Assembly: GCF_964355755.1 (NCBI RefSeq)
Contig: NC_092673.1
Location: 19,589,648-19,653,647 of the forward strand
Reading direction: 5' to 3'
Source of the DNA: Antedon mediterranea
Taxonomy: Eukaryota > Animalia > Echinodermata
Length of the DNA: 64,000 bases
Shown here: piece after piece, positions 26,404 through 39,400 of the stretch
How positions within the stretch are numbered: position 1 is the stretch's first letter
Layout of the letters: each line of letters opens with the position of its first letter
Program-made: the position numbers and the translations under genes
Notes under the pieces: generated by a model
The model's input: the letters and a program-made list of their open reading frames with translations, nothing else
The model's database searches: none
Told to the model about the DNA's origin: nothing

Positions 26404-27895
26404 AAAACCGGTTGAACAGCTCGAGTACAGTATCATAATGTTGAAGACAGGCCGATTTTCTTAACAAAATACTATTTTGATAGATTTAATATTCGTTTAT
26501 ACAAATGTATTGATTTGCGATGAATGGAACATTTCAATCTCTCAGACTCCCAGTTTGTTTGGTAAATTTAACACAAGTAGGTAAATTTATGGGCCCTTGG
26601 AGAATAAAACTTATATTGCAATACTTTGACAATATTGTAAATACTGTACGTATTAACCATTTTTGGTTGCCATTTGAATCGAAATTGTCTTATTGTGAAT
26701 GTGGTTACTGTTAAATGTATAAACAAAATATACAAAGAACATTTATTACTGTGACTGTGGGTAGATTACTGACAGTTGCTTCTCAACGAGTTTGTATTAA
26801 TTAATAATTATAAAAAATATAAACATCGTAGTGGTGTATCGTTATTCTTTACTCCATGCATGTACTTTACTATTTCAATCGACTATAACAGAGACAGTTT
26901 TAAACAAGAAATATTTCTTACAAAAAACGCTGCTCGCTTATTGAAAAATAATTTTTATTTCAAATGTTTTTTAATGTGTCATTTTATTGTCACATAATAG
27001 TTATTTTACCTGGAAAAAATGTAATTTAAAGCAACAAATACTTAAATTGTCTGTCAGACAATGGTTTTTGGGTTTCTTTTCTTTTTTTATATGTGAATAA
27101 ATATTATATTTTTGTTACAACAGAAGTGAATACTCAATTTCTGTTACTTTAGTTAATTTTATTGCTAAGGTAAAATCTGGGGGTCACTTCATCACCCTAG
27201 ATATTTCAATTGTGAAGTATCCTATTACAAACACAAACTTTATTGGACGGTTTCGATAATAATTCAATGAATATCTGACAGTGAATATACCAGAAATGCT
27301 TAGGGATTTGTAATTTTAGCATGACATGTCCTAATAGACTCTTTCCCAGCCGTTTTTTGGGTCTACTGTAGCAGCTGGAATCAATAAATCATAGTGGAGT
27401 TTCCATTTTCACAAAACTGTCTGTCCTTAGAACTATAACTGCTGCTTGCTTTAGCTTCTGATTGAGTAGTCCTAATGGGACGTAGCGGGCTAGAGCAGCA
27501 GCGTGAAAAGTATTATAAATTGTAAATGTTTTACTGTGTTTAGTGGTATATTATTGATAGGCCTATAAAACCTTTAAAACAATATTTCGTTACTGAGTGG
27601 ATAGAGAATATATTTAAAAATTGTTCTTCCCATCCTCTTCCCCATCCCTTAACTCTAATGTTATATACAAAACACAAATTGGGTTTGTTTAAATGAGTTC
27701 AAATAAAAAAATTGGACTCATTTTTAAGACAAGGCCTAATTCCCAGGGTGCTAATTTTACATAAATCAACGTGACTATTTATTCGTTTCTGTAAACGACA
27801 ATGTACTATAGTCCTGCGTTACGTACATTTTTTACGCTGAACTTACTGTGTATTCGAGAACCATCTGTGGACACGACCTAGATGGTACGCGAGCG

Positions 27896-27915
27896 AAGCG
27901 AAACGAAAAACGAAA
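27896..27915 (+). promoter_or_regulatory. Candidate IRF-E/ISRE-like cluster upstream of gene C leader exons
   Basis: AAGCGAAACGAAAAACGAAA = three AANNGAAA cores in a CpG-rich island; possible donor GAG|GTATTG at 28012. Confidence 0.35.
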
Positions 27916-29839
27916 TCAAAGACGTTTATTCATCATTTTGTGCACTCACCATGAAAGTTTGCTGTTTTAAAGTATGGACATTTTTTAGTTTTAATTGTGT
28001 TTCTTAAAGAGGTATTGATTAATTAACGCTGCGGTTAATTAAATCGGATTTGAATAGGTATATTTTGTAGTTTTAATAAAGTTAATTACTTTCATAGAAA
28101 AAAAGAAAGAATGTTTTTACTTATAAAATAACAAAATAAATTTAACCAAAAACACATTTGTGGATTATACATAACTAGCATTAGTAACCATCTTCGACGG
28201 GTGTGAGCCCCGCTGATTTCAACCACGCCGAGAAAACTTAACGTATGTAAAATAATATGTAAGAATTGCAATTGAAGTCTCATTTTTTATGTTTTAAATC
28301 CATTTGTACACAAAGGATTGAAAGAAAGTTATGGTAGGCTAAAGCTAAATGCTAATTATAAATATGCAATGTTGCGGTCAGTAAAATTCATTGTAACAAA
28401 ATTAAATACAACATTTTACATACACTTGCAAGTGTTACGTACGTCCGTCCGTAACCTGAAGTTCATAAAGAAAGTCCACTGTTATTTACGATTTGAAAGT
28501 AGGCCTATTGCTAGAAGATATTGAAAGAATTTTGAAAATAATGGTACGTCTGTAGAGAGGCAAATAATTAAATATTATTTTAATTAATGATTACCACACA
28601 GTACAGAAATATGTTTCCTTACAGGTAGTAGCCGTTTACTACTGAAATACAATACTGATGAGATATCAAATTTGACGCTTTTATCTTTACTGTATTCATG
28701 TACATGTAGGAAGCTTATAGAAGAACTGTACAAATTACTGCATGGGCTTATATACATTAACACTTATTTCTGTAGGACTTTCATTACAAAGGTTTACTTG
28801 GATTGGATAGACAAAAAACAAAAAATAACATAGCTACAGTATATGGGGAAAAAATGTTAAGGCGTGTAACGTTTTATAAACTGGAAATAAGCAGACTCAG
28901 GTGGTCCAACGTTGACAATCCCGAATACCATGATACAATAGGACTTGTACAGTAGGTACAGATGTAAACTGATGTAATTGCACTGCAAAGTAAAATTAAA
29001 ATGCATTCCATACTTTTTGATTACAAATTAGGAAATCCAGAGTAAACAAATCATGATAGGCATCAAAAGGTATAGCCGTAATTATAATTAAGATTCTGTA
29101 CCAATGATAAGCTGGTAATTATCTGGTGGATTGGTAGAATAATGAAGAATACTACGTTCAAAATGGAAGTGAACTGAAGTAATCCACGACCATGTGGATT
29201 TTCTTTTACTTAAAAATGGTGTCTACCCTATAGACTCACCTCTCTTTAAGTGTAATGCTGTTGTTTTTTTCTTGTTTCCTGCTTGTATAGGCTTAATGAG
29301 AAAATCTGGAAATTCCACATTTCATAGCCTTTTGATCCAGAGGTCATTTTTAGTCCTAATTTAATAAATATTTGGTTTACAAACTTTTTATATAGACCAT
29401 GACCATCTCCGTTGCAAGATTGATGTTGAGTTCAAAATTCACACCAATCAGAGTTTGTACCGCGTCGTGCATAGAGGACAAACTTTTGTGTTTGCCTTAA
29501 TATATTATATAGAGATATAACTGTATTATGGTATATTAAAATGGCATATTCAACAACAAAAAATGTAAGAATCTTTAAATTATTATTGATATGTAATTTT
29601 GTTTGTTTATTATCTAACATTTTGGAGCAAAGAGTTTCACAAAAAGAAATTAAGTAAATGTAACAAATGCGGCCTCTATTTTCAAGGAGATGTACATTTT
29701 CGGAGGCACAAATAAATAAATCGGACATTCATAACTAGAAACCTCTTTGACTGCTTTATTATTAATTTTCATAATTTATGGCTGTTTCACAGGGCAAAGT
29801 AAAATGGACAGAATGAAAGCGAACAAGTAAGGTGTATTT

Positions 29840-30616
29840 CTAATAATAATAGTTCATTCTTATAGCGCATATAGGCAAGCTCTCAATGCGCTCCTTATAT
29901 AGCGCATATAGGCAAGCTCTCAATGCGCTCCTTATATAGCGCATATAGGCAAGCTCTCAATGCGCTCAACATTATTACCAAAGTCATAAATAATAATAAT
30001 AGTTCATTCTTATATAGTGCATATAGGCAAGCTCTCAATGCGCTCAACATTATTACCAAAGTCATAAATAATAATAATAGTTCATTCTTATATAGCGCAT
30101 ATAGGCAAGCTCTCAATGCGCTCCTTATATAGCGCATATAGGCAAGCTCTCAATGCGCTCCTTATATAGCGCATATAGGCAAGCTCTCAATGCGCTCCTT
30201 ATATAGCGCATATAGGCAAGCTCTCAATGCGCTCCTTATATAGCGCATATAGGCAAGCTCTCAATGCGCTCCTTATATAGCGCATATAGGCCAGCTCTCA
30301 ATGCGCTCCTTATATAGCGCATATAGGCAAGCTCGCAATGCGCTCCTTATATAGCGCATATAGGCAAGCTCTCAATGCGCTCCTTATATAGCGCATATAG
30401 GCAAGCTCTCAATGCGCTCCTTATATAGCGCATATAGGCCAGCTCTCAATGCGCTCCTTATATAGCGCATATAGGCAAGCTCTCAATGCGCTCCTTATAT
30501 AGCGCATATAGGCAAGCTCTCAATGCGCTCAACATTATTACCAAAGTCATTTTTTTTTATCAAACGCGCAAGGAAATATACTCCAGAATGCAGATAGTAA
30601 TCAGCGCAAAGTTGTG
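29840..30616 (-). repeat. 37-bp tandem array built from an amplified SINE/L2-type 3' stem-loop tail, joined to a SINE body fragment
   Basis: TTATATAGCGCATATAGGCAAGCTCTCAATGCGCTCC repeats; reverse strand GAGCGCATTGAG...GCGCTATATAAGAATGAACTATTATTATT; 30551-30616 matches SINE at 32320-32390. Confidence 0.85.
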
Positions 30617-31235
30617 AAATTAATATATAAAATAACATTTTTGTTGAAAACAACACCTAATACATTTTGAAAGGTCATATCCCACATATTTAAAAATAAT
30701 TTTGAACAACAAAAAATGAGGATGATTTTATATATATTATTTTTATATATACTGTTTATTATATTCCTAAAAAGGTTTTTAGGAATTAACATTATTTTGT
30801 TGACTTGTAATGTTTTATTTCCCCAAATAATGTTGTGCTGCTATTTAAAAGAAGTTCTGTTTATAAATTATTTTGTAGAAAAACTGCCAAAACAATAAAA
30901 CATGAACAAGAAAAAGAAAGAGATGTGTCGGAAAAGGAAATAAAAGGTGAAAATAAAACAAGTTATAGTTGTTTATAAGTCACACATTTACCACAATTAA
31001 ATTTTTGGACTCTAAGAGGACAAAGTAATGAACCAATGTTATGTAAAAGTGTATTTCAATCCATTTCACCATTGGAAAGCCATTATGGCACAACGTTTTA
31101 AGAACTGTGCTTTATAATATATTGCCTTAAAATCTGTATGTGTTTTTCTAATGCAGAAAATAAATTTGTATGAACTGTAGGTGTCTTATCTAATTCTAAC
31201 AAACATATTGTACTTTTATTATCAATTTGTTATAG

Positions 31236-31297
31236 GTGAAGATTACACTTACTAATGCTTAGTCTGCTGAGCTGAGAACATATACCTAGCTGGACAG
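31236..31297 (+). other. Putative 5' UTR exon of gene C
   Basis: TTGTTATAG acceptor and CAG|GTAAGT consensus donor. Confidence 0.45.
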
Positions 31298-32244
31298 GTA
31301 AGTTATTTATTATTTACTGTATTAATTAAACATATAGAAGGACATTATAAGAAAAAACACACAGCCCCTCCTGAAAAAAATGTTAATTGAATTGACAAAT
31401 TGTATCGAAAACACACTAGTTCATCTCAGATAATAGTAACATTTAAGCATTTCTTCATATTTTTTTATATAGATTGCTTGAGCCATGGTGTCAGTCAGTA
31501 TGAGATGCATTAAAAAAAATATTATACATTTATAAAGCTTAGTCTACACTGACAAACCTTCGTTTGCAAACTCTGAGTTTTCAAAGTCTACCTTGTAGAC
31601 CAGTTGACAAACTTTGAAAACTGCAGAAAACAAGTTTTCACAAGTCTACACTAACAAACTTTGAAAATAGACCTGATTTTTGTGTTGAGTTGGTGTTTCC
31701 TTTGTAACTCTCAATAACCTTTTAATAATAAAATAAATTTTATAAATAATTCATAGTTGAAGATTCAAATAATCCTCTGATCACATTATGGCACTGAATG
31801 GTCAATTTACTCAATGGAAATATGAATGGCCAGAACTATTAGTACAGAACAGAATATAATCTTGCAGCCTGCTGGAAATAATGCTGTCAAAGGAATCGTG
31901 TTTTTGCAAATTTTGAAACCACTATTTTATCCATTTTTTCATTTTTCTTTTAGTTGTGTTAATGTTGAAATTACTATTACTATTACAGTATAATTATTAT
32001 TATGTATGTATTAACATGTTAATGCTTATTGGTATGCTCTTGTGAATAATAAACATTAGGTCTCAATAGAATTGAGCCCATTTGTCTAAAATAATACTTA
32101 CTACCGTCTGGCAACACAGAGTCAGATGTGCGGCAAACTCTTTTTCAACGCGGTGGATCGATGATAGTGATTACAATTTTTTTATTTTGAAAGGCCAATT
32201 GCATTTTTAATATTAACCACTTAAAAGTATCCGGAAATGCAAGT

Positions 32245-32520
32245 TAATAATAATATTCTGGATTTATATAACACCTAATGTTGTGAAACCAACCTCTAAG
32301 CGCTGAACATTCCCCAGTAATTTTTTTTAATCAAACACGTATGGAAACATACTCCCATAATGCAGCTAGTAATCAGTGCAAAGTTGTGTCTTGATCTAAA
32401 CCAGGGTTCCCATTTATTCACCTGGGTGGAGAGAGGCAAACGTAAGTAAAGTACAGTATTCAAACCTTGATCTCATGATCTGTAGTCAAACGCCCAACAC
32501 AATGCGCCACACGCCCTTAC
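32245..32520 (-). mobile_element. Degenerate tRNA-derived SINE
   Basis: Reverse strand CCTCTCTCCACCCAGGTGAATAAATGGGAACC core and (TTA)n tail. Confidence 0.6.
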
Positions 32521-32863
32521 AAAATGTTCTGCCGGTTTAGGAAAAAAAATTCGGAAAATAATAATAGCGACTACGCAACTATCAGATGTTTCTGAGCGTA
32601 TGCAGAGTTTTTTTTTACTTGATAGTGGCATAGTCTAGTAACATGTGAAAACAAAAAGTTGTTTATAAGGCAACAAAAATAAAAAAATATCGTATATCAT
32701 AATAAATATTTTTTAATTCTCGAGTTTTGTTCACTGTATAGACTTAAAAATAGTGCAATATCCTGACTGGGAAATTTATAGTCAATGTTTTTAGACACGT
32801 ACAATAAATTATCATTTCCTCATAATATTCAAAACCATAACAATACCATTTTCTATTAAATAG

Positions 32864-33045
32864 GCTGTATGCTAGGTTGATTATCAATATGAAAGTTCTG
32901 TGACACACAGAACGCGGTAAAATGTGTGTTTGTAATTTGCATAACAATAAACATCTTTATTACACAGTTTGCATCCTTATAGAGATGCGCAATTATAATT
33001 ATACTATACCACCAGTGAGAGTCTAGACATACATAGCCTACGAGG
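32864..33045 (+). other. Putative 5' UTR exon of gene C
   Basis: TAAATAG acceptor, AGG|GTAATT donor; homologous with exon 62884-63016 including both splice sites. Confidence 0.55.
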
Positions 33046-33264
33046 GTAATTTTATGGAGCAGTAATTCTGTTTTAGATTCAGTTGTAGCGTGAGTTATAT
33101 CTATCATTATTATTATTTAATACTACAGTACTTTTATTTAATATAGACTGTTTGATGTAATCAGAAATAGCCAGTAGATAGCTAGTAAACAATGCTACAC
33201 TGACAGTGGTTTAGCATAGTATGTACAGTAACAACTAATACAGAAATATTGTGCAATTAGAACT

Positions 33265-33386
33265 AAACAAGGCCAACAGCCATAAGTCGCGTGCTAAAAC
33301 GCATAGTGATACCGGACCGACAGACAGACCGACAGACAGACCGACCGACATAGTGAACTATAGAGTCGCGTCCATGCGACTAAAAA
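33265..33386 (-). mobile_element. Short HINE-like element copy
   Basis: Reverse complement of both ends of 17189-17814. Confidence 0.7.
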
Positions 33387-33783
33387 TTGTAAATAACATT
33401 CACTTGCATATTATGAAAATATTAAATATGAAATGATGTAGCATGCTGCCAATCTATAGATTAGATTAACTTTTAGGCCTTTCTTTTTGTTATTTTTGTA
33501 TGTGTTTTTATATTTATATCTATATTTTCATCCTGTAATTGGTGTATACTGTTGGATGTGAAAGAATAAAATACAAAATACAAAATATATTGCAGGCCCG
33601 TAGTAGGCAGGCGGATGGGGATTATGGTTTGAATAAACCCCTTTGTCTGCAAACCCTCATTTCCCAGCAAGCCCTTTTGATTTATGAGGATAAAAAACAT
33701 CAAATCATGTCAGGACAAGATGTCTTTAGATAGGGGTGTGACCAGGGAGTTGTTACAAATCCATGGTTTGAACATAGATATAA

Positions 33784-33921
33784 AGCTCTGTCTACACTAT
33801 CAAACTTTATGTGATGTGCCCATATATGGACATGATGACATACCATAATTGGGCATATCACTACCATATTTGGGCACATGACACCATTTTTGTCAAAGTA
33901 GTTTGATGTGTAGAGAGAGCT
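33784..33921. mobile_element. Short Harbinger-like MITE
   Basis: TIR AGCTCTGTCTACAC / GTGTAGAGAGAGCT flanked by TAA/TTA. Confidence 0.65.
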
Positions 33922-35108
33922 TTATAGTAGTTTCATTTTCTCCTTCTTGGACTAGCTAAGGCATGTGGTGCACCCTAACCTTGTGTTGCTCCCAGAGCCT
34001 GAATTAATTTTAGCGGCTATTCAATACCTGAACAATGACTCAACATCATCTGTTGAAATTTCATGTTTAACTAAATTTGTTTATACCACACTTTCATTTC
34101 AAAAGATATAAATAATATAAACTGACATTTCTGGTTTATTTTAACATTTGACTGAAAGTTATGTATCTGTCTCTACAAATGTTTGTGAAAAAATTATATA
34201 AGGATAAGGATATATCTAATATGTAAAATTTGCTAACCACATATTGATTTTGTGTGTATTGTTCACCATCATGTAAAATTTGCTATTGTTAAGCCACATT
34301 GATATTATAATATGTATTGTGCATGTGAGGTTCAAGGGTTACATCAGTCTTAGAAGGCGTCTATGGAAATGAACAAATCAATAATGCACAAACACAATGG
34401 TACTGTAAATTGTAAAAAAATGGATATGGATGTCAACATGTATTTTGCTTTTTGCATAGCTGGTTATGCAAGTTTCTCTGTAATTTCTGGCACTTTAACC
34501 TCTGAACCTTGGAAGCCCCCCTTTCTCCCAGCCTAAAGTTGCTCACTCCACTAGCAAAAACATAATAAAGTTACTGGATTTGTTCTTTAGTTCCCCTCAC
34601 ACCTTCTAAAACAATTTTCTAGGTAACCCAGGGTATTTTTTTTCTAGGAATGATATGTTATATATTTATATATATTATAAATTTTAAGTTCTGTTGTCAT
34701 AGAATAAAAAATACTATAACATGCCGTAGAAACTAATCGTAAAATGTACAGATGATAATACTGTTTTATTTGGCAATATATATCAAGCATTTATAAAGAC
34801 TCTGAAGCCCTCTAAACACACAAAACTCATGTTTAAGAACTATAGCATCATATTTTCTGTATTCCTTTAAGATTGGTAAGATATATTCGTCATTAAATGT
34901 GTTATGCTGAATTATATACCACCATGGTAGTTAAAAAGCTAGTTACAACCATTCTCTTCTGGGAATATCTGTACTAATATATTTCTTGACTGTGTCTTAA
35001 ATGTTGCATAATCTCCAGGTCACTTTGAGTGATACGTTCGAACAAATGCATCAATTATTTATTATATTATCATTATAACATAGAATCAATGTTTTTTGGA
35101 CATATTAA

Positions 35109-35475
35109 AGGTGTATTGTCCTCCTGAAAATATAATTCTTAAACAATTTGTTTACTGAATATGCCATTTTAATGTCACATTAAATAGTTATCCGCTATGA
35201 CCAAAAGTTGGATTGAAAAAAAAATTGTATTTAACTGAAAAAACCCCTGTAATTTAAAGCAAAAATCAGTCAAATTAGCTGCCAGCCAACAGGTTTTTGG
35301 TTGAATTTAACCATTTATTAGAGTATATCATTGTATGACTGAACAAATTATTGTTTTTCTTTTTTTTTCTATAGAAGTGATTAACTTTATTAAAACTACA
35401 AAATAACCTATAGTATTCAAAGTCTGATTTAATTAATCTTCATTTTTCAAGTTTTTGGGGGACAATACAATATCT
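35109..35475. mobile_element. Full-length TTAA-flanked (Kolobok-like) MITE
   Basis: TTAA|AGGTGTATTGTCC ... GGGGGACAATACAATATCT|TTAA; partial copies at ~16535, 18126-18340, 18411, 26940, 41652. Confidence 0.75.
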
Positions 35476-35966
35476 TTAAGCAACTCCCTTCTATTTTAGT
35501 TATATCATGGACGAATAACAACTAGTTTACCTCCATGGTTATATAAAGTAGCTGAATTATTAGCTTTTCTTAACCAAGCATTCCTCTCTCCAGACTAGAC
35601 AATCACAATACTGTATGTTTGGTAACATTTCCACTCAAAGAAACAGAATTCTAAATATCATACATTATTGAGTTAGGAAATAAAGACTTTAGTTTAAGAA
35701 TTTTGAAGTCATAAAATTGTCTCAAACATTTTGGGGTTCAGTTTCTTCAAATCAATAATCAAATTATCTATAATTCAAAGTGATATTGTTAAAAATCACA
35801 CAAAGTGTGAACATGATTTATTTCTTTATTCTTTATGAATTTATTGTAGATGGTGTCATTTTAAGAATCTTCCATGCAATATAATCTGTAACCATAATTA
35901 CATGACACCATTGGATGTAATCAGTAGTGTACAGGCTAAATAATATTCTTTTATGGAATTTTGCAG

Positions 35967-36486
35967 GCTAAAGCAAACTTTGAAATGGAAACAAATTTCC
36001 AGCAACTGAAATTGTCTTTCAGTGGACACTATAGAGGTGACAAGTATAAGTGGCTGAGGTTCTTCCTTTTCGATCACGTAACTGTAGAGGATATTACACA
36101 TTCTTTTAATAGTGATTTTTTAATAGACAAACTCGAGCAGGAAGGTATAATCTCACCACAGAATGTCAGCCTTCTGTTAGATATTGCTTTAGTAACACAA
36201 TTGACGGATGCCGTAGATCTGGTAATTCAGTATATGAATGTCAATGGTCAATACACTGATAAAGAAATTTCAAAATATCGAAAACAACTATTTGAGGTCT
36301 TAAGAGAAAGTGAACAAACTAATTTGAGCAGGGTTATTGCTCACTATGGTATGAAGTCAACTGAAATTAAAGATATTTGGGATGCAGTTTTGATGTTAGA
36401 GATTTGTGGCGATTTAGAAGATGACAATGACAAAATTAAACATTTTGAGAGTCTTCTTAAAATAAGCTCAAAGGAAGCACTAACTG
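35967..36486 (+). CDS. Gene C first coding exon: tandem DED-like module
   Basis: ORF 35961-36515; LIDKLEQEGIISPQNVSLLLDI and ISKYRKQLFEVL...IWDAVLMLE motifs; donor ACT G|GTAATA. Confidence 0.8.
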
Positions 36487-39400
36487 GTAATAATTTTTTC
36501 CTTTTGATTGTATAGTTTTAATTTTTTAGGGTAAAAAAAAGATAATAACATCAGAGGGTTAACTAAGGCAATGTAAAGATGTAAGCCCACCGTAAAGTAA
36601 TTTGGTAGGTCATTCAAACTGCTTGTGATTGATCAACTCACTTGCGTTGCGCCTACATTGTTGCGTTGTGTCCAAGTAGGAACCAAGCTTAAGCTATCTT
36701 TTGTACAGTAGATCAACTTTATATTGTGAATGAAAATATGGCGGTGCAGAGATTAAAGCTTCAAAACGCTTCCCTGCTCAGCATTGTTTGTCATCTATTG
36801 AAGTTGTCTTCCGTTTTGTGTGAAAAGTGTATCCCTTGTGGTCAGCAGCTTGATTATTGACCTAGGCATATGAAAATTGATTCACATGTTCCCATACAGC
36901 AATGAAACCAGTCTTTAAAATCTTATCGGGAATCGGGAAATAAATTTTTGAGTAATCCTGCTAACTAACAAACACACACAAACACACCCGATCTACCTCA
37001 TAACCTCTTGCCATTCTGGCAGAGGTAATAAGTATTAAAATAATTATGTAGAATATATACTGTACACAAATTTAAATTATAGTTTTTGTTATTACTTACC
37101 TAAAAAACCATTTTTTGTTGAAAAAAGATTACTAAACACTGCAAAATTCCAAAAATACAGCAGCCGCCATCAAAACCAAAACAATTCTGGCAATTTTGAC
37201 ACCCCAAACTTCTTCCCTGGGGTGAATAAAATATAGTTTAAAACCTCTGGTCATTTTGATACCTCATTACGCGCTAGAATCCCCTCCCCCAACCTCTACT
37301 GCTGGCCCCAATAAAGAAAAAACGTGAACAACTATTTTAAAAATGTAATTAGACTATAAACTAAACACATCTGTTTGATATATCCTGTTGAAATAAAAAA
37401 AAATTGCGGAAAATGGCCAATCTTGCATTGTACTGAAGGTGATCATGGAAATTGCTATAACAAATACCATAAAAGTAATATTTTTATTCTGCAGATCAAA
37501 TTGTGGAGGTAATTGTGGATTCTACAGGTGGAACGCTTCACCTTAAGGATGAAGACATAAAGTTAGAGATACATTCTGAAGCAATTGAAGGGGAGGAAGT
37601 GAAAGTAACGCTAGAAATTTTTTCTGAGGAAATAGACATTCCCATATCTCATCCTCGGGAATCAATAATATCACCTATAATTAAATGTGGACCAGAAGGT
37701 ACCACCTTCAACAAGCCTATTTCATTGTCATTTCCACACGATGCTGTAAATGAAGAGAATTGGGAATTCACTCTACTTGTTAAAGATCACATTCAAGATG
37801 AATGGAAACAAATAGCATTGACAAATGATAGAAAGGACGTTCATTTTACTTTAAACAAAGGTCTATGCTGTATAACATTAAATCATTTTAGTTGGTATGC
37901 ACTAAAGGGTCATGTCAGAAATGCCGTTCATGCTAAGAAAAGAATGTTGTCAGGAGTTTTTGGAAAGATGCTTGCAAACGATGAGTATCAACTTCAAACA
38001 AGACTTTGTAAGCCGTCGGATGTAAAGGTAATTAATATATAATTAATTGTTATTAAACTGTATTTGAATAATGTAGTTATAATTTGTATTATTTTACTTA
38101 CATTAACCTTTTAAAATATAGATATATTTTAATAAATGCATTTTGCTAGCTAGCCTTGTACTTTTTATTATGCCAAGTTAACTACTTTAGGTAATATTAC
38201 TATTGACCAAACATCTGATCCCAACCGAGAAGTAACAGTGATTTTTGGCTTTTCGCAGAATTATTATTTCTAGAAATGGTGACAAAGTGGATTTTCTGCT
38301 TCTTTTCACAAGCACTGAATTTGAGCTAACGTCTAACACATTGATTAAAATTGATGGCAGAAACATTCAAAATGTCATGTTGAATCATAAATTGAATTGA
38401 TTCCTGATCATTATAAAATATACAGTGAAAAAGTGAACACGATGATTACATCTGACTTCCCTCAGATAATAGAAAACGTGTAATAAATCGGGAGATCAAA
38501 CCTGGTTAAACAATTTATGCAGATTTGAAAAGGGTGTAGGAAACAAATATGTACACAAATAACATTAAGTTTATGTATTTCAGAAGATAAAAGAAGACCA
38601 CAGAGAAACCGGTGAGCAGCTTTTACGACCACCTGTAGATGTACTTGTTATGTATAAAAAGATGAAAATTACTGTAGCGGCAGTATCAGAACAAGAATGG
38701 AATGTTCAAGATGAAAATGTACAAGTAAGAATATTTGTTCTAATTTACATTACATGTATTATACAAATCATCACAATTTTTTAGGTTTGCATGGTAAAGA
38801 ATATGCATTAAACACGTTTTTGCAATAATACCACATAACTTGGGAATTCATAACTTGATCAATAAATAACAAAATCTCCATTGCTATCAGTATCAACCAT
38901 GGACCATGATGCTGACTTAACATAGAAAGTCTGTCTTTGATTAGTCTCTTTGAAGGATGCACACCATTCTTTTTGTGGATTTATCATTGAGAAAAAAAAG
39001 AAAATTAATTTATATATAAATAAATAGTAATATTAATCACCGCAGCAACCAATTTTTTATTTACAATGCCTTAGAGCTGTAACATTTTATGCATGACTTT
39101 TTTCCTAGACTGTCACTGCTGAATACTTATGGCGTGGAACACCATTGAAGACATTTCTTTTAAGAAGAAGCAATTCATTAGAAAATGTCTTAAAGGCAAC
39201 AGTATCACTGTCACAAGAGTCAAATCGTATTGATCCAGTGCCTGTGTATTGTAAGTATTTCAAATGCTAACATCAATTTAATTTAAGTAGCAAATCAAGT
39301 CTACATTTATGATGAAGTAAATAAAATGTGGTATTCAAAATGTTAATCAGACATTTTAACCATTAGAGTGAGGTGAATAACAAATAATAACAATGTTGAA

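Noticed and set aside
29895-30137. ORFs in the 37-bp array
   Set aside because: Derived from SINE-tail repeats
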